Shown here piece after piece: positions 39,047-50,831 of a stretch of 64,000 bases of DNA. How positions within the stretch are numbered: the first letter of the stretch is position 1; each line of letters starts with the position of its first letter. The notes under the pieces were generated by a model, which ran no database searches, was not told the DNA's origin, and worked only from the letters and a program-made list of their open reading frames with translations. The position numbers and the translations under genes were made by a program. Origin of the DNA: Amoebophrya sp. A120 (Eukaryota; Protista; Dinoflagellata); NCBI GenBank assembly GCA_905178155.1, contig CAJINV010000003.1:8662179-8726178 (forward strand). The letters are read 5' to 3'.

Positions 39047-42000
39047 CCACAGTCGCGAACTAGTGTGCTGGCGGCCGATTCCACCGTGCTCTGTTCTTGT
39101 TCATCATCATCTCGGAAAATGATGCACGATTGGGCTACGAGATCTATGCGCACCAGTGCCGGCACTGCGCATCCACAGCACACGCCCAACGGGCTTCATC
39201 AAGGTCTTTCATTCATAGCGCGTCTGACAAAAGAACTGGCGCAGACACTGAGGCACGCCGGCAGGCCATTTTGGCGGGGTACCAAATAAAAGCAAGAAGA
39301 GAAGCCGACGCTACCTTCGTCTTGCGATATTTTTGGACGAGCCTGAAGCGCAATTCATATGTAGTGGCTCGCTGAGCGCCGCTCCATGCTTGGTCCCCAC
39401 TGTACAAAAAAAGCTGGAGAAAGGCAACCGCATTCAGTGTGTGCGCGATAAGCTGCAAGCGCAACGACGTTTGCGCACATGCATGCTGAAATTGAAAAAT
39501 GCAAGAAGTAATTATCAATACGTCGGTCCTCAACGGAGGAGCGCGAGCGTGAATGAAGCGTTGTCTCCTTTTGTTACGAAAGCTGCTTTCTGCACGACTC
39601 CTATATATAACGATCCAACTATCACTGAAGAAGGTGCGGGGGAAATGCAGTCAGCCTCTCGCTTCCGTATCTCGGCCACGCTCCCCGCGCTGCACCAGCA
39701 TTAATCCACCGAAGTAAACTTTTTTCATCTTCATGCATCAATGCAATGTACATATAGAAGGAGGTATAATCTTCAACAGCAGCCGCAGCATCCAAGTTGC
39801 GAACCGCATTACTTACCGTACTTATTGTTCTTCACAAGCTGCCGGAATCGTCACGTCGAGCAGATTAAAAAAACTCGTACAATAATTTCATCTCCATGTT
39901 TACACGAAAAATCAAAAAAACACGGTTTCCGGCAGCTAGACTCACTACCCCTGTAAAGGATCACATCGAGGAGAATATGATCGGCTCAAATCCTACACAG
40001 TCACAAAGTACGGCAGACCTTTTTTGTATAATAGTAGGCCCTTCTTGTACTTGTAGTTATATCATCCCTGCTGAATAAGGGAAATGGTACTAGGCACTGA
40101 CATTTCTAGCGGATCATTCTTGATGACCACATCAATGCGTTTTTATCATGTTTCTGATGCAAGAGAACGACAACGAATGAAGCATGTCCGAGCGATCTTC
40201 TGGTTGGTGCAGCTGCCGGAAGAACAATAAAAAAACTACAAGACCAGAGGAACCACTGTGACCATACCACCTCTAGCCACATGCTTAGTGGTCAAGTACA
40301 AGATCTCAAGCAGGGAAGCTGCACTGATCACGATCCTCTCTTGATGAAGATGCGCCTCTTCAATATACGCATTCGCTTTCGATTTTACTTCTGCTGTAAT
40401 TGGAATTAAATTCCAAAAAATCGACAATTATGCTACTCACTGTAAAACGAAAAATGTCGATGCATGTCAGCTGAGCTCCGCGAACTACTTGATGCTCATC
40501 TGTTTATTCTACATAAACTAAGCAGGTGGCGGCCAACCTGCACCTGCTCATGATGAATTCAAGAATAATAGCAAAACGATGTGGAGGGACTTTTGATCTC
40601 GACAGAATCAACAAGGATCATAGAAGCGTTTTGTAGTGCCGCACGCTTTTACTTCTTTCAGTACGTGAACACAGGAGTCCGAAGATATGTATGTTTCTAC
40701 TATGGTGATCTTGCCAGTGACAATGTTCGTGCAGCAGCAGCGCAACATTTTGCAGATATTAATGCGCACTATCATCTGGTGCCTCTGTGTCTGTACTTCT
40801 AAGTTTTACTTTGATGCAGCTTGTTTCGATAGTAAAACAGGACAGACCTCCACGGAGCCGCTACTTATTCTCTTGAAGTCCGTGGCAGAGCAGAGAGAGT
40901 TGTGAAGATCATGCGCTCAGGCGTGACACGAGGAGTGGCTGTGTGTGATGACAAAGGACGAGCCACGTGCTTGATAGTAAGCAGTAGCTGGCGTCCGTCA
41001 CACGAGTGCACGTGATTTCAGCTCTGATATTCTCGTCCAGCACGCCGCAAAAGTCTAGAACTCTGACACAGGAAGAGGAGGCTTGAATTTTCATGTGAGC
41101 AGCTCCAGCTACTACAGCTTTCGTATCCGGTACGACCCTTGCACAACTGATAAGTGTTGCTGACATTTGCAAAATGCAGCTCGCAGCACTAAGATGTGGG
41201 CTCCTATCGCTGTCCACCCGCTTTGTTTTACCACAAGTCTGTCGGTTATTCATGAGAACGCAAGGGCACGAAACAACGCCTGAGGTTTTGTTGTTTTTCG
41301 TCAGAAGCGACTCGAGGGGGCTTAATTTTGCCGTCCCGGTATGCGTATGCATCCTGTCGCGCGCCGCGTATGCGGATGATCATGGTGCGACATACTTATT
41401 AGGAGACTGTGACTGCTCCACGAGATGTCGTTCGTGCTGGTGGTGCCCTGCCTCGTGCTAATGTTGACCCACCTCCACCGGGGTTTAAACCTGGCAAGAA
41501 GTAGACTGTGCTCCTGGGTAAGCTAGCATGGAGCGGCATGTTGACGGGCTGCATCTTCTTCGCAAAGTATTCCCGCCTGGCAATCGGAATGCCGCATTCC
41601 ATGTGCAGTGGCGCGGGGAAATCAATCTAAGGCTCTCTGGTCTTCCTGTGATGTTTCTGGTTGACGCAAACCTAGTTATTCTACTCCACCAGCGTCGGAG
41701 TCCACCTGCGCTTCTATATGTGCAGTGTCGAGGCACAAAATGCGACAGCATATCGCTAGATGAAATCTCTGAATTGAGCGTCGTACTAGGACTAGCCTGC
41801 GTACAACGCATTGGCGTTACTAGTCGCACGTCGCACGACGAGCACAGCCTTCTTCATCTCCCATTCCTACAACCCTCCGTAATATTCATAGTCTCCGGAT
41901 CCGGTCGTGTGGTGGAGCAGTTCGCTGTAGCTCTACTTCGGACTTGATCTGCACGGGGTTCAGTTCGGAACTTCGTTCTACGACCGCGTCTCGAGCTCTG

Positions 42001-43785
42001 TGCCACCAGCGGCTTCCTTCTAGTCGACAACCAAGGTCGGCGGCAGTACAGCAGCACACTCCGAGTCCGAGCCGATGTCGTGGCTGCGTTGTTCGTCTTG
42101 CTTTATGGATCTCTCATGCGTTACGTTGTCAGCTGGTACATGATTTTTTACCGACGCAAGAATGGCAAAAGGAGAGGGGGAACTTCTTTGCCTTCTCTTT
42201 CATCACCTCTCACATTTCAAACTCGGCACAGATTTCTATGCTGTTCAGCTCTTCGAGAGTTTGTCACGCGAAGTAGCTTCTTGATCGTGTAACCTGTAGA
42301 TGAGACTAGTAAGGCCTATGGTAGTTTTGCATGAGATGAAATCACGTAACAGCAAACCATGTAGTAACGTTTGAGAATCCCATATGCCGCACCGGTTCAT
42401 TGTGTTGGCCATGGGCGTCGACTTCGGGTTGCGGCTCGGGTTGCTGAGGCGATGAACAACCAGGAGCAACTCCTGACGAGCGCGTGTCTTCCTCAGCTGG
42501 AGCTTATGCAAATTGAGTCCGTCTGTGTCACAGTCAGGAAAAAAGTGGGCTCCAACTTTTAATAGCACCCGAAAGTTTATACATAAATTTATTTATCTAG
42601 TAACTACTGCTACTGGTACTGCTCCGTTGGGGACCTGCTTTTCCTTTCTCTGCATGACAATGATGATAAATGATCCTCGACCAGTTTTATAGTACCTGAC
42701 TCTGAAGATAAGACTGTTGCAGAAGATAGAGGCTCGCTTGATGCAACATTTCGCCGCGGAGGTCTTTTCTCAGCAGAGTCCTGCGGTCTTTCACTGTCTT
42801 CACCGTCATCCTTTATTGCTTTTGCTATTGGGACCGCAGCCGGCGCTTTTCTTTCACCATCTCCATCCGATTTTGCTGGCTGATAGGAGGCGATGGTCTT
42901 CCCTGTCGGGGTGGTTTTGTTCATGTATCAGCTCAATAAAAGGCGCCCCGTCCTCCCTCTCCTTGCGAAACGACCACAATCAATGTTTCTGTTCACACGC
43001 AAAGAAGAGAATGCAGATGGTCTGGTGCTCGTGCTTCATTCAGGACAAATTACAACAAAGCAACTACCGCTGCTTACTCGAGGTTAAGCAATTGCAAGTG
43101 ATGAAAGTCTAGTAAAAATAAACAAAAGCATTCTGTGGCGCTTCCAGTAGTAGAGCATGACCAGCTCCAACGCAGGATGGAGGTACATTGCAGGAGCGAA
43201 CACCTCCCACCACTTATACATTCGCTTCGACGTAGTTGCGACGTGACCGTGATAGTTTTTTTCACGTTTATGTTATTTTCGCTTGTAACGACGACAGCAC
43301 CACGACCACCTTGCGCAACTGATAGTCGGCTCTCCAACATGATGTGGACTCAAGTTATTTCACACAGCTAGAATGCGGGTTATTCTGTTGTGGAGGTAGT
43401 TTGGGGGCTCCTTCAAATATGATACAACGGTGGTCAGCATCGTTCTGCTGTCCTCGAGGTTCTTGTGGAACAAGTCGCCGCGGCCTTCTGGTGTACCACG
43501 TTCGTGCCCCTGCTTTAAGCTTGTTTTCTCAAGATGATCCTCCACAGGAGCTGTGTCAGAATATAGGCGGGAAATGGATGATTCTAGGTCAACAACCTGC
43601 AGCTAGCCTTCTCGATGAAAAACCTCCTTCCAAGTCGAAATTTTCATGCAGATTTGCCGATAACTCTTTCCCTTCTCGTCGATTCAAAATTCGGCAATGA
43701 TGCAAAAAAAAACACAGGAAGTGCAAAAAGCACTCAAGTCAGTGCGAAGATCTACGGCGATTTCATTTAGCTGCCTTGTTTAGGA

Positions 43786-46725
43786 TCACTCACTTGGATC
43801 CGCACTCCATACAATAGTTGCAGGCGCGTGCGCGAGCTTTTGTTCGGTGTCTGATGCTGCTGCCTGATCTCGTCCTTGGAACGTCGTGCGGTGGGATTCA
43901 TCATTTTGTGGTAGCAACGTACTCACTGGCGCGTTGCCTGTGCCTTTATCCTTGTCCGCGCGGTCGTGTTCTTGTTGCGGTTCTTGGTGTTTTTGTTTTA
44001 CGCCTACTTGTTCCAGCACCGGAGGTGACGTCGAAGACAAGTTTTCGTCTTGTTTGTTACCGTGGTCGTTTGGAGCAGCTTGACCGGTTACCGCTGCCGC
44101 CTCTGTGTCCAGCAGCTTGAGCATTTGTTTCGCGAGCGCTGCACGCTCGGCGGCTGGGACATGCTGCCAGTTCGCGGGGTCGAGCAAATTCGCAAATGCC
44201 GTCGTGACATTGTGGTGCGCCGGCTGGTCTGCGGTTGCCTTGTCGCCCGTGCGCGCCAGCCAAGACGGCAGCACAATTTGCCACAGCGCCGCGCGTCCCT
44301 GCTTCTGCACCTCGTCCCGCCGGAGCGTATCGGACAATGTTTGCACGACCTGATCCTTCAGCTGCTCGTCCGCGAGCAAGCCATGCAGTGCCTGCCTCCC
44401 CAAACGGGTGACCCGGTCTACGGCCTCCTCTGTAGTGACTATCTCGTACAGGCTTTTCCCGGTATATGAGAGTGCACAACTCCAGACCCACCACAACTCC
44501 TCTTCCAACTTATACTCATTTGTCATGCAAAAGCATCAAAATCAAAAACTCTATTTTGATGACACGTAGTGAGTAAGACCTGCCTCGCGTGTGTTCAAGT
44601 GGTGGCTGCGAAAACTGAAACTGCATTGTGGCTTGTACTGCTCGTGCTTTCTTTCAACCAACAAGCCGATGCCCTTCATCAAACGAGCGGGCAGGCGGGG
44701 AGCGCAAGAAGAAGTGGCGCGCAAGAACGACTTCTCATCTACAACTCATACGGTATTCTGCTTCACGCCCTCCTCTTGCACCACCTGCTGCACCAGCGAC
44801 GAAACCTGCTGCAGCACCTCCTCCCGCTGCAGAACCTGCACCACCAGCACGCCCAGGGTTTGCTTCACGGCCTCCTGTTCTACGAGCAGCTGGATCCACT
44901 GCACGCCGAGCTCCGTCAGTTTTGCAAGCACCAACGGCTCCTGGAGCAGGTCTGCCACGCGACCCGCGAGCGGGGCTTGGAAATGCTGTAAGATTTCCAG
45001 AAGCCACAGGCCCACCTGCTGCTGGACAACCGGATCACGAAACAGCTGCAGCAGCACATCTTTCGAGAAGAGTGCCGTATCAAATGTAAAAATGTCTGGG
45101 TCTGGAAGATTGCCAGGTTTGTCATGCACATTTTCCATGACCACTGATGTCTGTGATGCATGCCGTAGCATCACAGATTTTTGGAGCGCTTCCTCATGCC
45201 TATTCCGCATGACAAATGCCACTTCCGCGGAGCACAAAATATACTCCTCTTACTGGTCACGCAATACAGATTTTTTTAGAGTCCAGCGTTAGCATCACAA
45301 GTTGCATTCTTCCAGACCCAGACACTTTTACATTTGATATGCCGTGCTGTCCTTCAATTCCGGGTTCTGGACCACTTGATGGACCACCTTGTTGGTGTTG
45401 TCGGAGACCGTATCAAGTACCCAATGCCACCGCAGATACATCACGCGTCGTATCACAGTTAAGAAAGATGATCATCAAAGCCCAACCCACATGAACTACC
45501 GACCTGTACAAAACAGAGGAACAAAGATTTTTCCGGAGCAACAAGATCGGCCTCTTCATAAATGTGTAGCTGTCTTCTATAATTTTCGTGCCAGGAGGAC
45601 ATCAATGAAATGAAGGGAACAAAAAGCGCAGGCACGAGTAGAAGTCGTGCGTAGAAGCAGCGACACGCGTCGCCTGCTCAGTTGATGTATACAGGATGCA
45701 AAAATTGTCTGCAAAGAAGGCAACTACGGGGAGCGAGGTGTCACTGAGTCGTGCACCATCTTCTTGCAAACAGTAACAAGTTAGCTTATAATATGCTCTC
45801 TGGGCCCCCGCCACTTCTTGTGCACTCGCTGATGCAGCATGACCAGTGAGAAGCGTCTCTGGTCGCGTCGGCCTTGCATTGCGGGGAAGAGATGAACTTT
45901 GTTCTGCACGATATTTCCGGCTACCGCTAGAACCCCGACCACTGCTGCCAGCGCAACCCGCGGCAACGTCCGGGCGCGCGCATGAAGGTCACTCAATTGC
46001 TCCTGCATCCGCTCGTACGAGGAATGCTCTGCTGCAGTCCCAGTGGAGCTCGTGGCACCGCCCGCGTAGCTGCTGCCGCGTCCAGAGGAAGTAGTCGTCG
46101 CGCTGGACGATGAGGGCGCGGGATGTGTTGCACCGTCCACGCCACGGGCTATGTGGTCCACCACCGGTGTCGTGCCCTCAGTGCCTTTTCGAGTGCGCTC
46201 GTCATCTTGATCTTCGCTCCTCCCATTTTCACCATTGCCACTGTAACCGTAAGCGCTGCCTGTACTGTAAGCCTGGCGGGAAATGTGATTTCCAAAGAAT
46301 GTGTCTGGGCGAACTAACAAGTTACACTGATGCTCAGCAGCGAAAAAAGGAAAATGGTCGGCGAAGCCCCTAATAGGCCTACTTTGCGCTGCTCGAAGTC
46401 CGTCGAAGCTACTTTGCTGCCCTCTCTTCTTCAGAAGTAAACATGGAAGGGGTAGAGGGCATGATCCGACGAAGAAATTCAAAGTATCTATTTTTGCGTG
46501 CGACCAATGTAGCATTGAGCTTTTCGACACGTTGTCAGAAACAGTGTTCGAGATGAGCTTTCTCGCCGAGTTTAAAACCGGAAAACCGGTGCGGCCCTGA
46601 GGATTGCAACCGTCCCTCACGGGCCCTCGTCCTGTTTCACTGAAAACCAATTGACCGCATGACCCATATCGTCGACGGAGTCTCCTGCTCGTTGTCAATA
46701 ACTGAAGTTGCCTGATCATGACCAT
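43786..46725 (-). CDS. 4-exon single-TM protein with helical L/Q/V-rich repeats and a possible mitochondrial presequence
   Basis: In-frame joins AGN/VMYLRWHW, DSTA/LFSKD and QNT/GKSLYE; Arg-rich, acid-poor N-terminus MVMIRQLQLLTTSRRLRRRY. Confidence 0.7.
44465..44750. mobile_element. Introner, perfect DR CGGTA
   Basis: tatgag ends; left end tatgagagtgcacaa shared with 54597; frame restored. Confidence 0.85.
45078..45339. mobile_element. Introner, TCTGGGTCTGG family, perfect DR TGCCG
   Basis: TIR tatcaaatgtaaaa.tgtctgggtctggaaga; close sister of 12173-12442; frame restored. Confidence 0.93.
45451..45913. mobile_element. Degenerate introner
   Basis: Only TATC...GATA ends remain; removing element plus 5 nt completes a TM helix in frame. 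Confidence 0.5.
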
Positions 46726-48305
46726 GAAGGTGATGCTATTTGATGATTTGCGAAAACGAAAACGTATTCGCGTGTCTCCTGACGCTGGGTGCTACTCTTG
46801 ATTTATTTCTAGCTGTAGCTACTAGTGACTAAGAGTATCGGACAAGAAAAATGCAGAATCACGACCGAAGGTACTAAAACTAAATATGACACAAGAAATC
46901 TTCACCGCGTACGTGTGGCATCTAGTCTCTAGACTTCCTTTCAAAAAAAGCTGCATGCTGAGGGACCTCTCAAACAGGCTGAAGACAAATTATGGGCAAA
47001 CACACGACGTCTCTGCGTTTGGGGTTCAATTGGTCCTCATTTTGTTCACTTCATATGCGTCGAGATCGACAGAGATCATACATAGCCGCATCTATACAGC
47101 TTGTAGTTTGCAAAATAGAAATAGTGATAGAATATAAAGGACGAAGACGACCCCTCTTAAGGAGGCAACAAGGAGAGAGTTGAGAGGTGTCGAGCTTCAG
47201 TTAATGAGGAGGCGAAAAAGACGACTACTAGACTAGAGTCCATGGCAGGTGCTCTCGATCTCGTGGCTCTGCTGCTATCTATGCGATGCAGCGACACAGT
47301 TGTGGTTAATAAAATTCAAAATCAAAACCAGCCTCGGCTCCGGCTAAATCTGCAGCGCGACGTCATACTTATCTTTTCTGTTGATCTGATAAATTTGAAT
47401 AGCTGGATCTACTACCTAGAAAAATAGTACCCTCTATCATTCCTTGGGCTTTGTCGATTAATCAAGTGAGGATTAGCCGAGTTGAAACCGCCACTGTACA
47501 ACCGTGGCTCTGTAGAAAAGGCTGACGCTGAGTGCTTGAGGATCAGGTGCAACTGACTTAGGACTAACAACTTACTTCCCTGCGCCGCAGCAAGCTTCGG
47601 ACTTTCAGCTTAACTGAATGCCCTCAGTCAAAAGATGAAACTGCAGCGCTGTTGTATCACCTTACCTTTTCAGCAATTTCTGTTTGGCTTTCCCGGGCCG
47701 GACTTAATTGGATTGCCAAAAGTCATCTCCATTTTCTTGCAGACTCTCGTGCAATGATGGCACTGGCTTGTCCACCCGCTGTCGTGTTTGTGCTCAATAC
47801 TCGAGTAAGTAACTCCCTGTGCAACCGGCATAGAAATGGCCTAGTTAAACTCGACAAGAAAATGAAGAAGCCAATCGAGACTACTTTGACTTACACTCAC
47901 CAGTTTCCACAGGGCGCAAAATTGTTGCCGTCCTTATTCTTCTTATTGCGACCCGTACCCTAGTGCTAGTCCAACTGTAATAGCGTTACTTTCGTGAAAG
48001 TCGCCAGTGCCAGGAAAATTCTTTCCCAAGAAGTCGACGAACTAGCTCTATCACTTTGCTTTGTCAGCACGTAAAGGTATTACGCCACTCGCACTCGTTT
48101 CAGCCCCTGCTGGCGCGTTGCTGTAAATTAAGGCGGTTCGGTAGTTCGCTTCAGGTTTACATAAGAACCAAAATACAACAATAAAATCCACACGAGCTGC
48201 AAAGACATTACATACTTCTCTCGTGTAGTTTTAAAAAAGTCGTCCACTTCTGCTTCTTTTTACCTTGTCCTCTGTATTTGATTCTGTTGCTTGATGTTGA
48301 ACAGA

Positions 48306-50831
48306 CTACAGCTTCGCGACCAACTATGGAAGCGTCAGGTTTGTTGAAATCGTCAAAGTTGAAATAATTTGTCATGCATAAAATGCAATACAAAAAGTGA
48401 CTCTATTGCAGAGGACCCAAGGGAGGCAGATTATAGTCCTGGCAAGGGTCAAGAGTTGGGCTGCTATCTAGCATGACAGAAGGCAGCTCTTTTGCCCTAA
48501 ACCGCATGACAGACTCGCTTCCAGGACCGGGAAAATTTGCCATGCACCGACTACAAACTATAGGCGTAACTGGTATCCGTTTTATGCATGGCAAACTATT
48601 TCAACTTTGACGATTTCAATCCTGACAGTTCCATACCAACTTATTCGTATGAGTCGCGTGCAGAACATCCACGGCTTCCGTGCAAATTCGTTGGACCAGT
48701 TCCTTGCAGGTGGGGACGTCGTCGATGAGGCCAATGCTCTGCCCACAGCTCCAAACGCTGTCGTCGGCGTTCCCGGTCTCCTGGAAGGAAATGCGGTACT
48801 TGGCCCCCTTCACAAGGTCTGCGATCGCGGCGAAGTTTCCGGGGTCCTTCCGTTCCCGAGCACGTACCTCCTCCGCGCACGCATTCTTGTACACTCGCTC
48901 GGTATTCGAGAGCGTCGTAAAGACCAGAGTCGTATCGTACTCGTTTGCCGCGCACAGTGCTTGCTTGATCCCGTCCTTAATGGGCGCCTCCTTTGTCGCC
49001 ATCCACCTGGTTCCCATATTCATTCCCTCGCATCCGAGGGCCAACGCGGCCGCCAGCTGCCGTCCGTCTGCACACGCGCCAGAGGCGATATAAGGAATGC
49101 GCAATTTCTTCGCCGCCTTTGCAAACAAAACCCAGTTGGTTACGTCGTTTTCTCCTGGATGGCCCCCACACTCGTAACCATCCATACTAATCATATCGGC
49201 TTAATTATGGAAATTAGAATTACAAAACACCATCCATACTTCTAGGGCAATTATTGCGAAGTAGTAGATAGGCATAGGGACGAACTACAGATGAAGGCAC
49301 GATCTTCATGTGTCATGTGTGTCCTAGGTGTCGGCACCGGCACCACCGCTGCTACGTATCATTATAATTGCACTTTATTTACATTACATATCTCATTTTT
49401 ATGTTTACGAAGCCGGTGATGTTGAGTGACCTACGTCACGAAACGTTCATGAATTTCTGTAATTGTATCTTTTTAGTGTGCATTAAACTTCTAGCTCCAT
49501 GCCAACACGCATACAGGCTCGGGGAAGGAGAGCCACTCCTACAATTTAGATCTGTTTGCCACGACGACGGCTTTTTCTGCTTATGTTGATGATTACTAGC
49601 GCCGACACCTGAATCCCTCCTGCGATCATCGGCTTTATGAGTAGCTTTTGGTGTAAGAAGTTGTATGCAATTCATAGCCCATGCGCGCCGCCGTCTCGGC
49701 ATGCTTGATGGCAACGCACTTGTGTATGACCACGCAGCCGTGTTTTTTGAACAACTTGATAAATTTTTCGGGGTTCCGACCCGCGGTCTCAATGATCTTG
49801 ATTCCCTCGTCGAGCACTACCTGCGCGTATTCGTCGTAATTGGGAGGCGTCAGCATGGGAAGCAGCGTCAGGTTTACCGCAAGAGGCTTTTTCGTCAGGC
49901 CTTTCGCCTTTCGTATTTCCTGCCGTAATGCCTCCGGGTTCGGCGGTATGGAAACGCCAGGATGAAAATCGACAAAATGAAAATGGAAATGCATTTGGCT
50001 AACGTGCCAGAACTTAAAAGCCTGCGTTTGGCCAAAACGAGCAAACGATTGGAAAGATGAAGATCTCTACGAAACTTCTCAACTTTATTATTGCATACAA
50101 AAGAGAAGACGGTAGAAGGGTTTCGGGTTTGGGGTCTCGGGTTTTTTTCAAATCGACAGCAGTGCATTGGGCACGCAATTTCTACGCGGCGCGTGACACA
50201 TCTTCCGGATCTCTCGGCCAACTTTATAGTCGCGCAGTTTGGAGCAAGGCAGTACGAAGTGCGGCGACGCTCCGGTTATTGGCAATCAACAGCCGCACCT
50301 TTCTTGTCGGTGGCTCCAATCAGGGCTACAATCTGCTTACTTTGCAAGACAGCTTCACTTCTATGTAGTCTCGTTTCTGTTTCATACTATACAAACTACT
50401 CATTTTCGTTTTGAGAATGCCGAACTTCTCACAAGTCCCATACGTTGTGTCAAAGCGGTAATGGTACCCAGTCCTCCGGCCTCGGATACTGCTGCCGCCA
50501 ACTCGGCATAACCGACGTAATGCATTCCGCCTGTATGGAAGTGTCTGTGTCAGGTGGGAGACCATAATAATTTGCAAAATGTAAATGCGTAAAATACACG
50601 ACGCGATGAAATTGAATGCACGTCTTCTTGCACCAGAGAAATACAAATAGTGGCCCGACGAGACCCAGATTGTTCAGAATTTCTTTTGCTTTTCAATCGA
50701 CTTTACAATTACATTTGTGATTTTAAGATTTCCCACCTGAGATTCACATCCCCATAGCCTTGCATCAGGGGATACTCGACTCCCATGAGCTCTGTAAATC
50801 TTGTCTTCAGTTTCATGCCGACCGTCGCCAT
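48306..50831 (-). CDS. Nitronate monooxygenase / 2-nitropropane dioxygenase family flavoprotein, 5 exons, C-terminal AKL
   Basis: KTRFTELMGVEYPLMQG/GMHYVGYAELAAAVSEAGGLGTITALTQ/PNPEALRQEI..KPLAVNLTLLP..IIETAG..HKCVAIKHA..MG/ADMISMDGYECGGHPG..IPYIASG..MGTRW..WSCGQSIGLIDDVPT..NKL/VAKL*. Confidence 0.93.
48325..48635. mobile_element. Introner, TATGG-GTCAGG family, perfect DR CCAAC
   Basis: About 60-bp TIR tatggaa..gtcagg..ttgaaatcgtcaaagttgaaa..tttg.catgcataaa. Confidence 0.93.
49206..49676. mobile_element. Degenerate introner, NMO intron 3
   Basis: TATG...CATA ends; removing element plus 5 nt gives MG/ADMIS. Confidence 0.65.
49947..50442. mobile_element. Introner, NMO intron 2, no AG acceptor
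   Basis: TATGG...CCATA ends; left end has the family TIR; restores conserved TQP-x-PE. Confidence 0.85.
50534..50756. mobile_element. Introner, DR GCCTG/GCCTT (GC-AG compatible)
   Basis: TIR tatgg...tcaggtggga; restores QGGM. Confidence 0.9.

Noticed and set aside
37000-43700. Gene models and further introners (unpaired TATGG ends near 37016 and 42317; also 46991, 51133, 52276 and 53272)
   Set aside because: I could not pair the ends or anchor a reading frame, so they are left unannotated.
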